From an uncultured virus (IMG/VR IMGVR_UViG_3300032677_000021) (lineage: Duplodnaviria; Heunggongvirae; Uroviricota; Caudoviricetes): a DNA stretch of 64,000 bases. Made by a program: the position numbers and the translations under genes. The notes under the pieces were generated by a model. The model did not search any database and was not told the DNA's origin. It saw only the letters and a list, made by a program, of their open reading frames with translations. This document shows, piece by piece, positions 49,042 through 57,784 of the stretch (its first letter is position 1; every line of letters starts with the position of its first letter). The stretch is from IMG/VR virus record IMGVR_UViG_3300032677_000021. One strand, given 5' to 3'.

Positions 49042-50975
49042 TATTTGCGGTATCTTTTTGAGATCCATCCTTCTGCAGCTAAAGGAAAATCCGGAGCCCA
49101 TGTTGGCGGGGTTGTCATTATTTTTATGACGTCTTGCAAAACGGCCTCCGAATTTTCTTCTTTTACCAATAAAAGGATTTCGTCGTGGATCAGATTAATC
49201 ATTTCATAACCGGCTTGCTCAAGGTTAAGCATAGCCACGGCAAGACAGTCCCTAGCGGTACCCTGTACAGCGGACTGAAAGATACTACTACCAATCAAAG
49301 CGTTTCTACTCCACTGCCTGCTAAAAGTGTTAAGGCTGTGAACTGTGACGCCCAGCTTAGTAGAACCCCAAGGAGTTGGCAACAACTCGAGCTCTGGCCT
49401 CTGCCAGCAGATGAGACGACCGCTTGGAAGTTTCATCCATAATGCATTCTTGGCAACTTTTAGCACAATCTTACTACCCGCAGCAAACGCAGTACCGGGA
49501 TTCTGTACTGCATCAATCGACGCAGCTTCGCATGCTGCCCAAAGAGCTTTCACTTTCGAGTATGAACTGCGGTAGTTATCTACTGCGTTCTTGGCTTGCG
49601 ACTCCGTGAGCTTTACACCCATTCCTTCAGCGTACTTAACCAACCCCTTAGCACCCTGACCAAACATCGCACCAAGGACCGCAGACTTGCTAATCTGGCG
49701 TTGGTCCTTCGTGACCGCATCGTATGGTACGTGGTAAAGGCTTTGTGAAGCGAATACTTTGTACTCATCTAATCCCTTTCTAAAGAGTTCGACTTTGTCG
49801 TTTTGCCCCGCCAAATAGACGCCAACTCGGTTTTCAATTGAGCTAAAATCCACGTCAACGAAGGTTTTTCCGTGCGGTGCAACGATTGCGCTACGGACCA
49901 GACTGGTGAGTTGTTGCATTGTGCCTCTTGCCTCACCAAATACTCTCGGTATTGCAGATTCAATCTCTCCATCTTCCAACGTGGGCCTTGCAATATTCTG
50001 TAAATTAAGGCCCCCACGGCTCGCCCAGCGGCCAGTACTAGCCCCATGATATACCAATGTATTCCTAATTCTTCCTTCACGTTGTATCTCCAACATTTTA
50101 GCGTACTTAGCCACGCTAGTTTGGCTTCCTTCTTGGCGTAATTCTAACGCCTTTCTTACTAATGGATCTAAGTTAGTGTTCACTAACATAGCTGAAACGG
50201 TTTTTGCCGTCATGTCTTCCATTGGCGCCATCCCAATACACTTTAGCCGCGCATTTAACCATCCCAGCAATTTAGCCCGCTCAGAGGGCTTAAAACCGGT
50301 CAAGGAGACGAGTTCATGGTCTAGTTGGGCCTGTGCCCCTTGGACTGCTTTTACGGCGTTCTGGAGCTCTTTAGGATCGACCGGTACGCCTCTCAAATTG
50401 ATCCGCTGGGTCATGGTCCAAACTTCCTGTTCCGCGGCTGATAGGGGCCTTAAATTGGCTACAATCGACATTTCTGTGCGTACGTCCTGTGCGCAGTAAT
50501 CAAACAACTCACGCATCAATTCAGGGTCTTCGTTAAATACGCCCTTGGTTGGCTTACATAGCTTTTGGATCAAATAGCGGCCACGGGTGTCTTTTTGATG
50601 TGCGCTATCCATAAAGATAGCCGCATCGCCAAGAGACTGCGGCACGTTATTGGCTGCTGCTATGGCCATAGAGTCAATGCACTGCTCGAGTTTTAGTGGT
50701 GGCCAGCCGTACTTGGGCACACAGACGCAGTTCCAGATGGCGTACTCGAACATGGCGTTCCATGCTTGTATTTTGCCACCTTTGCTGACGTGGTTCATCA
50801 AAGGCCATAACTCCGAGGTTTCTGGAATTTGTGGGGATTTGACTTTAACAGTCTCGGGGTGGGTGCCGAACGCAATACACAACACTTCTGTTGTGGGGTC
50901 GTTGGCGTATACATCAAGGCCACGATCGGTGAGGTCAATGGTGCTGCGTGTTTCAAAGTCGATTGAGTAAATCAT
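49041..50975 (-). CDS. polA: DNA polymerase family A with 3'-5' exonuclease
   Basis: IDFET, NAMFE, TGRW, NLQN, DFSSIENR, RQISKSAVLG, IHDE. Confidence 0.95.
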   Translation of the reverse strand: MIYSIDFETRSTIDLTDRGLDVYANDPTTEVLCIAFGTHPETVKVKSPQIPETSELWPLMNHVSKGGKIQAWNAMFEYAIWNCVCVPKYGWPPLKLEQCIDSMAIAAANNVPQSLGDAAIFMDSAHQKDTRGRYLIQKLCKPTKGVFNEDPELMRELFDYCAQDVRTEMSIVANLRPLSAAEQEVWTMTQRINLRGVPVDPKELQNAVKAVQGAQAQLDHELVSLTGFKPSERAKLLGWLNARLKCIGMAPMEDMTAKTVSAMLVNTNLDPLVRKALELRQEGSQTSVAKYAKMLEIQREGRIRNTLVYHGASTGRWASRGGLNLQNIARPTLEDGEIESAIPRVFGEARGTMQQLTSLVRSAIVAPHGKTFVDVDFSSIENRVGVYLAGQNDKVELFRKGLDEYKVFASQSLYHVPYDAVTKDQRQISKSAVLGAMFGQGAKGLVKYAEGMGVKLTESQAKNAVDNYRSSYSKVKALWAACEAASIDAVQNPGTAFAAGSKIVLKVAKNALWMKLPSGRLICWQRPELELLPTPWGSTKLGVTVHSLNTFSRQWSRNALIGSSIFQSAVQGTARDCLAVAMLNLEQAGYEMINLIHDEILLLVKEENSEAVLQDVIKIMTTPPTWAPDFPLAAEGWISKRYRK

Positions 50976-51012
50976 ATATGCTCCTTAGGCTAACAGACGT
51001 ATCTGTACGTAT

Positions 51013-51024
51013 ACTAATACGCAA
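51013..51024 (-). promoter_or_regulatory. phage promoter, TT-extended class (polA)
   Basis: TTGCGTATTAGT. Confidence 0.8.
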
Positions 51025-51046
51025 AAAAGGGGCCCCGAAGGGCCCC
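51023..51046 (-). terminator. intrinsic terminator
   Basis: GGGGCCC-TTCG-GGGCCCC followed by TTTTTT. Confidence 0.85.
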
Positions 51047-51068
51047 GAAATACCACCATGTGAAATAG

Positions 51069-51260
51069 TTACTTAAATCTATTCAGTATTGCTAACTTCT
51101 CTTCGTTGGACATAACATACCATTTAGAAATCTCCTCCCTGGTTCGTTGGCACCCTCGACATGTGTCCGTAACGTCGAGGGTACAGATACCGTTGCATGG
51201 AGATTTGACCATCTCCACGCTAGGTTCCAGTTCCACAGGTTGAGTGGAGGACAGTCCCAT
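51069..51260 (-). CDS. DUF1289-like small Cys protein
   Basis: SPCNGIC.....C.GC.RT.EEI..W; start uncertain. Confidence 0.7.
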   Translation of the reverse strand: MGLSSTQPVELEPSVEMVKSPCNGICTLDVTDTCRGCQRTREEISKWYVMSNEEKLAILNRFK

Positions 51261-51263
51261 GGA

Positions 51264-53162
51264 TCAGATTTCACAGACGCCGGCAGCACACGCTAACATC
51301 TGTGCACCCTCCACGTTATCTGTATTTTCTGATAGTTCTGACCAATTGATCTTAGGCATCTTTGCTTTTAACGCCTCGTACTCTTCCTTAGTGCAGGTTT
51401 CGTACGGAGCCTGACGGTATGTACCACCGTCATACGGCAGATAAGACACGCCACTGATCTCGTCAAAATGATCCCATGTCCACGCACCAACGCTTGGCCA
51501 ATCCTTCTCCTCTACTGAGATGGTAACGGAGGGCTTGTGCTCGCACCAGTGTCGCTGGTAGGTGAGCCAGAGGGCGAGGTGGTCTCTTGGGGTGACTTCG
51601 TCTCTGGTGATTCCGTCTGGGGCTTTGATTGGGAAGCTAAACACAGTTGTCTGAGTCGGCTTGTAGACACAGTCTTCCGCTGGAACTCCTTGGCTAACCA
51701 AGAATTGGCTGAGAGGATCTTTCTTATCTCCTCGTACTCGGCGGATGTAGTACTTAGCGTGTCGTGGGTGGATTCCCGAAGCTGAGTCAACAAGCTGCGA
51801 TACTGTGCCACTTGGCTTAACACATGTAATTGCAGCTGATTTAGGGATTCCAAGGATTGCAGCAAACTGCTCATTTGCCTCTCTTGCTGCCAAGCGGAGC
51901 TCTGCGAGGAATTCATTTAGTTCTGGTCCTTCTGTGGTGAGGAGTGGGTTGTCGTAGATGCCGGTGAGCGAAACGCCAAGTAAGCGCTCCTCTTCAGTAT
52001 TACGTTGCCACACTTTACGCAAGTAAGGGAATTTTGTGAAGGTGGCTTGGATTGTACCAAGGATGGCGGCAAGCCGCACTTTTCGCAAAAGGGTTTCTTT
52101 GGTGTCGTCATGGCGTACTACACATTCACTAAGATTACAGAATTGATATGGTCGAAGGATAATTTCCGAGCAAGGATTAGTTCCGAACTCATAATTCGGA
52201 TCTCGATGCCCGTATTTTTCAACCGTCTTTTTAGCAGCCTCCCGATTAAAAATGCCTCGTTCACCGGAATGGGAGTTGTAAAGTGATAACCATTCTTCCA
52301 TGAACTTTCCGACAGTAGGTGTTTCGTTATACACCGCACTGTTGTTCGCAAGAGCGCGGTGTGGAGCTGTGTCCCACCATGGTCCAGCTTTTGCATGTCG
52401 AATCCTTTCATCATCAAGATCAGATAGCGAAATCATTGCAGAGCGACGCACGCCACCCACTACAACCACCTCACCAATTTTGCACATCAAGTCGTGGCAC
52501 TCTAAGCTGTTTAGCTTGCGGCCCTGTGCGTGTTTAAAAGTATTAACAGTGAACTTAAATAGGTCTACTAATGGTTCCGGCCCAGAAGCACGTCCTCCAA
52601 AAGTTTTGAGTCGTGCTCCGGCAGGTCTAACGGTTGATACGTCCCACTTGGGAATTTCTCCGGCGTATAAGTGTGCGATGAGAAGACGCAATGACTTGGC
52701 CCATCCTTCCTTAGAGTCGTGGACAATAATTGTCCCCCCAGATTCATAGAGCTTTTCTGGCACTTCGGGCAATTTATTAATATATTTAGATTCAACCGAG
52801 AAGCCCACGCCAGTTCCGCACAACAAGATAAACATAGCTTCGTCGAACGACTTAACATCATCGACAGGTAAATACGAACAGTTGTAAACGCATGTGTTAT
52901 CACGATCTGCACTCTTTCCAGCCGTCATCATGGCTCGCATGGACGGCATTAGTTCTAGGTTCTTGATTGCGGTGAATAGCTCTTCTTTTAACGCAGAATC
53001 TGCGGTGATTGCTGGTGTACGGCTAAAAATATAGTCTACAAAACGGCCTACTGTTTCATCCCAAGTCTCTCTACGACCTTTGTCGTCTTGGTAACGGGCA
53101 TATCTACTCATTCCGATATATTCTTGATAGCTATCCATCTCGTTATATTTTTTATTACTCAT
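51264..53162 (-). CDS. nrdJ: class II (adenosylcobalamin-dependent) ribonucleotide reductase
   Basis: YNC, VGGVRRSA, TNPCSEI, CNLSE, VKPSGTVS, C-terminal CAAGVC; no beta subunit gene. Confidence 0.9.
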   Translation of the reverse strand: MSNKKYNEMDSYQEYIGMSRYARYQDDKGRRETWDETVGRFVDYIFSRTPAITADSALKEELFTAIKNLELMPSMRAMMTAGKSADRDNTCVYNCSYLPVDDVKSFDEAMFILLCGTGVGFSVESKYINKLPEVPEKLYESGGTIIVHDSKEGWAKSLRLLIAHLYAGEIPKWDVSTVRPAGARLKTFGGRASGPEPLVDLFKFTVNTFKHAQGRKLNSLECHDLMCKIGEVVVVGGVRRSAMISLSDLDDERIRHAKAGPWWDTAPHRALANNSAVYNETPTVGKFMEEWLSLYNSHSGERGIFNREAAKKTVEKYGHRDPNYEFGTNPCSEIILRPYQFCNLSECVVRHDDTKETLLRKVRLAAILGTIQATFTKFPYLRKVWQRNTEEERLLGVSLTGIYDNPLLTTEGPELNEFLAELRLAAREANEQFAAILGIPKSAAITCVKPSGTVSQLVDSASGIHPRHAKYYIRRVRGDKKDPLSQFLVSQGVPAEDCVYKPTQTTVFSFPIKAPDGITRDEVTPRDHLALWLTYQRHWCEHKPSVTISVEEKDWPSVGAWTWDHFDEISGVSYLPYDGGTYRQAPYETCTKEEYEALKAKMPKINWSELSENTDNVEGAQMLACAAGVCEI

Positions 53163-53577
53163 TCACCATTCTCCACATAGTCATTGCGTTTTTGTTTTTA
53201 TCACCACCCATAATCCATGCTGTATTTTGAGGACCATAACCCATTTGTTTTAGAGCTTTTACCATGGAAACAACTTCCTCAGAAAACTTTTTAGGATACG
53301 ACCATTTTTCTGTTTGTTGCTTATTAAAAACGGGTTGTATCTTTTGAATTAACTTAGATTCTAGATTTTCAGCTTCGGTATTTGTCAGCCCTTTATGTAG
53401 TATTGTTACAATGTCAAATAAAGTATATCCATTATCTAAAAAATGATTCAAATACTTTGTGTATTCAGGATCCCTATTATTTCGTCGGCACAGCCAAGCC
53501 CTTTCGTAAGACCCTTTACCGATATATAAAATCTCTCCGGTTTCAGGATCAGCATGTTGGTATACATAATACTTCAT
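53155..53577 (-). CDS. GIY-YIG-type endonuclease
   Basis: YVY...YIGKG...R...E..LI....P.FN; AT-rich. Confidence 0.75.
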   Translation of the reverse strand: MKYYVYQHADPETGEILYIGKGSYERAWLCRRNNRDPEYTKYLNHFLDNGYTLFDIVTILHKGLTNTEAENLESKLIQKIQPVFNKQQTEKWSYPKKFSEEVVSMVKALKQMGYGPQNTAWIMGGDKNKNAMTMWRMVNE

Positions 53578-53611
53578 GGTGTCTTTCTTATTATTGGTTG
53601 GTCATAAGGGC

Positions 53612-53642
53612 AAAAAAGCCCGACGCAGTTTCTACGCCGGGC
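53612..53642 (-). terminator. intrinsic terminator after the SSB gene
   Basis: GCCCGGCGTAG-AAA-CTGCGTCGGGC followed by TTTTTT. Confidence 0.75.
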
Positions 53643-53664
53643 CGCCCACTTCTATGGGTACTAC

Positions 53665-54183
53665 TTAGATAGCAAAGTCTGCAGCGGCAGATGTTGCACC
53701 GCCTAACTTTTCTCCATCTTCTAACTTCTGGACGTTATTCAAACCACATGCAATGCCTTTAGAGCCTTGTGCGTTGTATGGGTAGAACGTAATCGAAGCA
53801 CGGCCATAGCAGCCACTGTAGAACTCATTCATGTCCATGATTGGGTTCAAGTCAGCGTCTACAACGCCAGGCTTTTGTGCTGAGTTTGCATTGATAAAGT
53901 AAGAGCCTGCGTATGCTGGATCGTCTTTCTCTTCGTCGCCGTCACGTAAGCCACCTTTAAGACCTTTAGGCACTGAACCACCAAAGTAAGCAGCTGCGCC
54001 AGCCTTAGTGTCTTCGTATGCCTTTTGAATCTTGGCAATGGTTTCCTTGTCAGACTTAGGAATGATGATTGATACTGAATACTTTGGTGTACCACCCTCT
54101 ACTGATGCTTTTGGTTGGAACACGTTAGCGTATGAGAAACGAACTTTACCAGTTACGATTTTTACTTTAGCTGCTTGAGTCAT
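53665..54183 (-). CDS. ssDNA-binding protein (DUF2815 / T7 gp2.5-like)
   Basis: VRFSYANVF.P, LRDGD, FYSGCY.R, GIACGLNNVQK..DGE. Confidence 0.9.
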   Translation of the reverse strand: MTQAAKVKIVTGKVRFSYANVFQPKASVEGGTPKYSVSIIIPKSDKETIAKIQKAYEDTKAGAAAYFGGSVPKGLKGGLRDGDEEKDDPAYAGSYFINANSAQKPGVVDADLNPIMDMNEFYSGCYGRASITFYPYNAQGSKGIACGLNNVQKLEDGEKLGGATSAAADFAI

Positions 54184-54251
54184 ATATTACCTTTTTAACA
54201 TTAGTACTGGACTTCAATAGGTGCCAGCACGTCTAACCTTTTACTGATGTT

Positions 54252-54263
54252 ACTAATACGCAA
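54252..54263 (-). promoter_or_regulatory. phage promoter, TT-extended class (SSB)
   Basis: TTGCGTATTAGT; palindrome at 54278-54294. Confidence 0.8.
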
Positions 54264-54297
54264 ATCTACTGCTTTAAATTTCACAATGTGAGAAAGT

Positions 54298-54555
54298 TTA
54301 AGCGTCGTACAAAATGCCCAACTTCTCCATTGCGTGCTTCATTGCTAGAGCCTTGATAAAGTCTGAACGGTATTCAAACTCTTCTAATAAATCCGGCTCT
54401 TCGCCAATAACGTCAACTACTTCGTAGATTGCGGCTCTTAATTGCTCCACACCCTCTCTGTGCCTGCTTCCCGGTAGAACTTCAAAATCAGATAAATACT
54501 TATTTACCAATATGTCCGGAACTTCAAACTCCGAACCATAACATTCTACCATCAT
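54298..54555 (-). CDS. hypothetical acidic protein
   Basis: GAGG RBS before the ATG at 54555. Confidence 0.6.
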   Translation of the reverse strand: MMVECYGSEFEVPDILVNKYLSDFEVLPGSRHREGVEQLRAAIYEVVDVIGEEPDLLEEFEYRSDFIKALAMKHAMEKLGILYDA

Positions 54556-54566
54556 AGGCGCCTCTT

Positions 54567-54716
54567 TTATAATTGTAATGTCACCATAACCAGACCCACA
54601 TTTCCAAGGGCGTACCCTAAAAATGAGATCCCCATGCCTACTTGGCCTTTCATAAAAAATTGAATTGCTACAAACATATACACACAACCAATAAAACCAA
54701 TCAACCATGCGTTCAT
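54567..54716 (-). CDS. 49-aa two-TM membrane protein (not in ORF track)
   Basis: ATGA coupling with the upstream gene, GGAGG RBS; MNAWLIGFIGCVY...GYALGNVGL. Confidence 0.65.
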   Translation of the reverse strand: MNAWLIGFIGCVYMFVAIQFFMKGQVGMGISFLGYALGNVGLVMVTLQL

Positions 54717-55846
54717 GCAAAGTCCTCCTTAGCGTCTTCTTTGGCCTTAACTAGCTTTGGCGAACCTTCTGGGCGTTGGATTAGCGCCCCTAGCCAAGCT
54801 GTTACTTGCCCTTTTGGTCCTAGCTTTTCCAGAGCTGCTATGGATTTGAGCTTAGGTGGTTCCCATATAGCTTGTGGGTCCATACCCTTTTCAACTAAGA
54901 CCGTAGCGGCCATTGCTGAGTCTGAAATCTTACGGTGTGTTGTCGTCGTTGCTAGCTTGTATCCAGAGGGTACAATGTTCTTTTCTACTGCTCGGTTTAG
55001 TGCAAACTCTTCTACGTCATTGACCCAAGTACGTAGCTGCTGCGCCTTAACTAAGACTTGACTGACTTCTTCTTCGTCGAGGAGCGGGGCTTCTTTGAAC
55101 TCGAGCTTGGCGAGCTCGGTGTTGAAGTCGCTGCGGGCGCGGCACGTCGCTTTGGCGCGGCAGAACTGGCACCACTCACCTGGGAGGAACTCCCCGCTGC
55201 CTGCCCACGCTTTCTTGGCTTTGGGTTTGACGTAGTAGTTTGCCCAATCGAGCAACTTACTGATGCTTGTCCCGTCGGTACTGATAGAGTCAAGCCTTGG
55301 TTGGTGAATGGTGTAGCTGACTTCCTTGATTTCTGGCCATTCTTCTTTGAACTTAGCGTATGCTCCGAGGGCATAGAGGCGGAGCTGAGTGTTATCTTGC
55401 GCGTGAACGGGCACTCCTTTTCCAAACTTAAGGTCGATGACTCGAATGGAGTGCTTAGAAAGTATAACCACATCGGCCGTACCAAAGCCGTCAGGAACCC
55501 AGTCACTGAAGTCGACACGCTGTTCAAAAAGCGGCGTGTCCCCTTCACCAATTTGAGAACGAACGTACAGTACATAATTGTCAACGTGAGCTTCAAAATC
55601 TTCATTGAAATAAGGTGTGTTTCTAATGATCTCGTATTCTTTTTCATACTCTTCAATTCCTATCTGTCCAAAATAATGTCGTAGTTTAATCTCTCCAAGG
55701 GAGTGGGCCATAGTGCCTTCTTGACTGAAGTCAAAAGAACCTGCGGCGCGTTTTTGTTCTGGGAGTGTTGCCTCTAATCTAGCTGACGGTGTACAGGATA
55801 GCCATCGTTTGGATCCTGATGCAGATAGTATGGCGTGTGCGGTCAT
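54713..55846 (-). CDS. DUF2800 Cas4-like PD-(D/E)xK exonuclease
   Basis: HAILSAS...W..C, EGT.AH, FGTAD, DLKFGKG, QL..YA, CQFC.....C. Confidence 0.9.
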   Translation of the reverse strand: MTAHAILSASGSKRWLSCTPSARLEATLPEQKRAAGSFDFSQEGTMAHSLGEIKLRHYFGQIGIEEYEKEYEIIRNTPYFNEDFEAHVDNYVLYVRSQIGEGDTPLFEQRVDFSDWVPDGFGTADVVILSKHSIRVIDLKFGKGVPVHAQDNTQLRLYALGAYAKFKEEWPEIKEVSYTIHQPRLDSISTDGTSISKLLDWANYYVKPKAKKAWAGSGEFLPGEWCQFCRAKATCRARSDFNTELAKLEFKEAPLLDEEEVSQVLVKAQQLRTWVNDVEEFALNRAVEKNIVPSGYKLATTTTHRKISDSAMAATVLVEKGMDPQAIWEPPKLKSIAALEKLGPKGQVTAWLGALIQRPEGSPKLVKAKEDAKEDFA

Positions 55847-55878
55847 ATTATTCTCTTATTCGGGTTAATCGTATATTT

Positions 55879-55890
55879 ACTAATACGCAA
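55879..55890 (-). promoter_or_regulatory. phage promoter, TT-extended class (exonuclease)
   Basis: TTGCGTATTAGT. Confidence 0.8.
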
Positions 55891-55892
55891 AT

Positions 55893-56294
55893 TCAGTCAT
55901 TTTGCGCAGTATATTTTTTAATATATTCTTGGGCGGATTCTAAATTTTCTAGTGATTCTTTAAAGTGCCCCAAACCGGAGTTGCAGTGTGTGCAAAGTAT
56001 TCCACGCACAGCCAACGTAGTGTGGTCATGGTCTACGCAAGGGTTTTTGTCTGGCACAAACGGCAGCTTACAAATCTCGCAGGCGTTTCCTTGATCGGCT
56101 ATCTTTTGGCGATACTCTTCAGAAGTAATGCCGTAGTTGTTCATCCGCATTCTATCCAAGCGTCTGTCCCGGTTGTCCTTGTAGTCTTGATTCTTACAGG
56201 AACGACACCAACTTTGCAGTCCGTCTTTTGAGTTTTTGCTTTTACTAAACTGGATAAGCGGCTGTGTTTCGTCGCATTTAGAGCACTTCTTCAT
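55893..56294 (-). CDS. endonuclease VII family protein
   Basis: CEIC...VDHDH....VRGILC..CN.GLG.F. Confidence 0.85.
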   Translation of the reverse strand: MKKCSKCDETQPLIQFSKSKNSKDGLQSWCRSCKNQDYKDNRDRRLDRMRMNNYGITSEEYRQKIADQGNACEICKLPFVPDKNPCVDHDHTTLAVRGILCTHCNSGLGHFKESLENLESAQEYIKKYTAQND

Positions 56295-56372
56295 GGAACC
56301 CTCACTGGTTATTTGGTGGGTAGCCAGTGAGTGAGCACTGGCAGGGCCGCTAAGCCGATTCCCCTTTGAGTT

Positions 56373-56762
56373 TTATGTGTTAAGTTTTGCTATTAAATCA
56401 GAAACTTCTTTGTCGTAGTCCACTACGATTTCTTGCTTAATGTTTGCTTTGATCTCTTGACGGTCTTTGTAATCGTCTGGGTATTGTCCACGTAGGGCGA
56501 TCTCGGCTACGCGGCTATTAAAACCCCGGTTGTCAATGTTGGCAAGCATCATGTTTTCCCAGTACGCTTGGCCGTAGGTAGTGGCCATTGACATGGTTTC
56601 AACAAAGAACTCGTCGTCTTTTTTCCACTTTGCCGCGGTGTCTTTGCTGATATGAATTGCTGCGTACATCGCCTTTTGGGACGCGCCTTGTTTACCCAGT
56701 TCTAAAATGGTCTCAGCCATCTCTGGGGTAAATACTTTTTTGGTTGGTTTTTTAGCTGCCAC
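56373..56762 (-). CDS. terS: terminase small subunit
   Basis: PE.AE.ILELG..G.S.....I.IS..T...W....EF......A....QAYWE HTH pattern. Confidence 0.7.
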   Translation of the reverse strand: MAAKKPTKKVFTPEMAETILELGKQGASQKAMYAAIHISKDTAAKWKKDDEFFVETMSMATTYGQAYWENMMLANIDNRGFNSRVAEIALRGQYPDDYKDRQEIKANIKQEIVVDYDKEVSDLIAKLNT

Positions 56763-57018
56763 ACTTCCACCTTTTTAATGCCGCTGCTTTGCGGGTTGGT
56801 TTTCCACTTTCGTCCTTCATAGGACCTTTTACGCCACTCATACGAGCGCAGAATGAATCTTTACGAGAGCCACCCTCTGGTTGGGGTGCCTTTAAATTTG
56901 AGCCAGTAGCCGCGTTATACTTAGCACGACCTTTGGCGGTAAGCCCAGCACCTTGCGATGCTGGTAGCTTTTCACCACGACCAATAGCTAGGGATACAGA
57001 CTTCTTTTTAGTTGCCAT
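56752..57018 (-). CDS. small basic conserved phage protein
   Basis: GLTAKGRAKYN..TGSNLKAP...RKDSFCARM...AL.RW.C. Confidence 0.7.
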   Translation of the reverse strand: MATKKKSVSLAIGRGEKLPASQGAGLTAKGRAKYNAATGSNLKAPQPEGGSRKDSFCARMSGVKGPMKDESGKPTRKAAALKRWKCGS

Positions 57019-57170
57019 TATTTGTTCTTAGCTGTCTTTGCAGCCTCTTTAAATTGTTTTGCTGTAGGGGCGCCTTTGGTACCCGGCTTGCGCATCTTTT
57101 CGCCTGAGCCAGCTTTAATGCGCTCTTGCTTAGCGTGGATGTTTGCGTATAAACCGGGTTTAGTTGCCAT
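57018..57170 (-). CDS. 50-aa basic protein (not in ORF track)
   Basis: TAATG coupling; MATKPGLYANIHAKQERIKAGSGEKMRKPG. Confidence 0.7.
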   Translation of the reverse strand: MATKPGLYANIHAKQERIKAGSGEKMRKPGTKGAPTAKQFKEAAKTAKNK

Positions 57171-57266
57171 TTTTGTTACTTAATGTATAGTTATGTGTAT
57201 AGTTGTTGACAAAAAGTATATGTATCAACAGTTTTGTTGACATTTTTGTAAAGTTTTGCAGGCTAA

Positions 57267-57320
57267 TTGTAAAGTTAAAAAGCAGTGATTGTAAAGTTAA
57301 AAAGCAGTGATTGTAAAGTT
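57267..57320. repeat. 22-bp non-coding tandem repeat
   Basis: TTGTAAAGTTAAAAAGCAGTGA about 2.4 times. Confidence 0.75.
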
Positions 57321-57423
57321 ATTGACATTGGGCAGGAAATCCCAATCTTGGAGTTGGTTACCTGTGGGTCTGGTGATATTAAGTGCCGATGCCTCCGGTC
57401 ACACCTTGCCTAATCTCAAAAAT

Positions 57424-57669
57424 TTAAAAGCCTGTTACTTTCTTTGCAGCTTTTACTAACTCTTTTTCAGTGCTCTCGCTGACGAACTTATTGATCTGCA
57501 TTGCTGCGTCAATGATTTCGGTCATTGTAGGGAACTTTGGAGCTGCTTCAGCTAATTGTTTGGATGTCTTGTCCATTAGATCCCACGCAGCCATCTGGGC
57601 TTTGTAGGTGTTCTCTAATAGCTCTTTTGCTTGGTAAAACGCTGCATAGCGCAATTCGAATGGGTTCAT
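57424..57669 (-). CDS. conserved small phage protein
   Basis: NPFELR...AKELL...FPT..EII..A...N.FV. Confidence 0.7.
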   Translation of the reverse strand: MNPFELRYAAFYQAKELLENTYKAQMAAWDLMDKTSKQLAEAAPKFPTMTEIIDAAMQINKFVSESTEKELVKAAKKVTGF

Positions 57670-57778
57670 TTTGTTTCTTTCTGTGTGTGTGATGTGTGTA
57701 AGGGTGCTGGTCTTTCCCAGCGGTCAGGAGTCCAGTCACCTCTCGCTTACTGGTTCGGAGCGCTTCACAGCGTGTCCT
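57670..57778 (-). ncRNA. structured 5' leader with CA tract
   Basis: three hairpins between the promoter and the ATG. Confidence 0.45.
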
Positions 57779-57784
57779 ATATTA

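Noticed and set aside
49041..50975. DpoZ / modified-base genome
   Set aside because: No purZ, datZ or other base-modification genes were recognised in the window.
54556..54720. N-terminal 55 aa of the track ORF 54298-54720
   Set aside because: Better explained by a separate 49-aa membrane gene in another frame and a start at 54555 with an RBS.
54713..55846. Cas4 as evidence of a CRISPR-Cas locus
   Set aside because: It is the DUF2800 nuclease in the usual SSB-PolA replication module; no other cas genes or array are present.
57327..57414. tRNA gene
   Set aside because: Has a closing stem but no TTC T-loop, D-loop or 7-nt anticodon loop on either strand.
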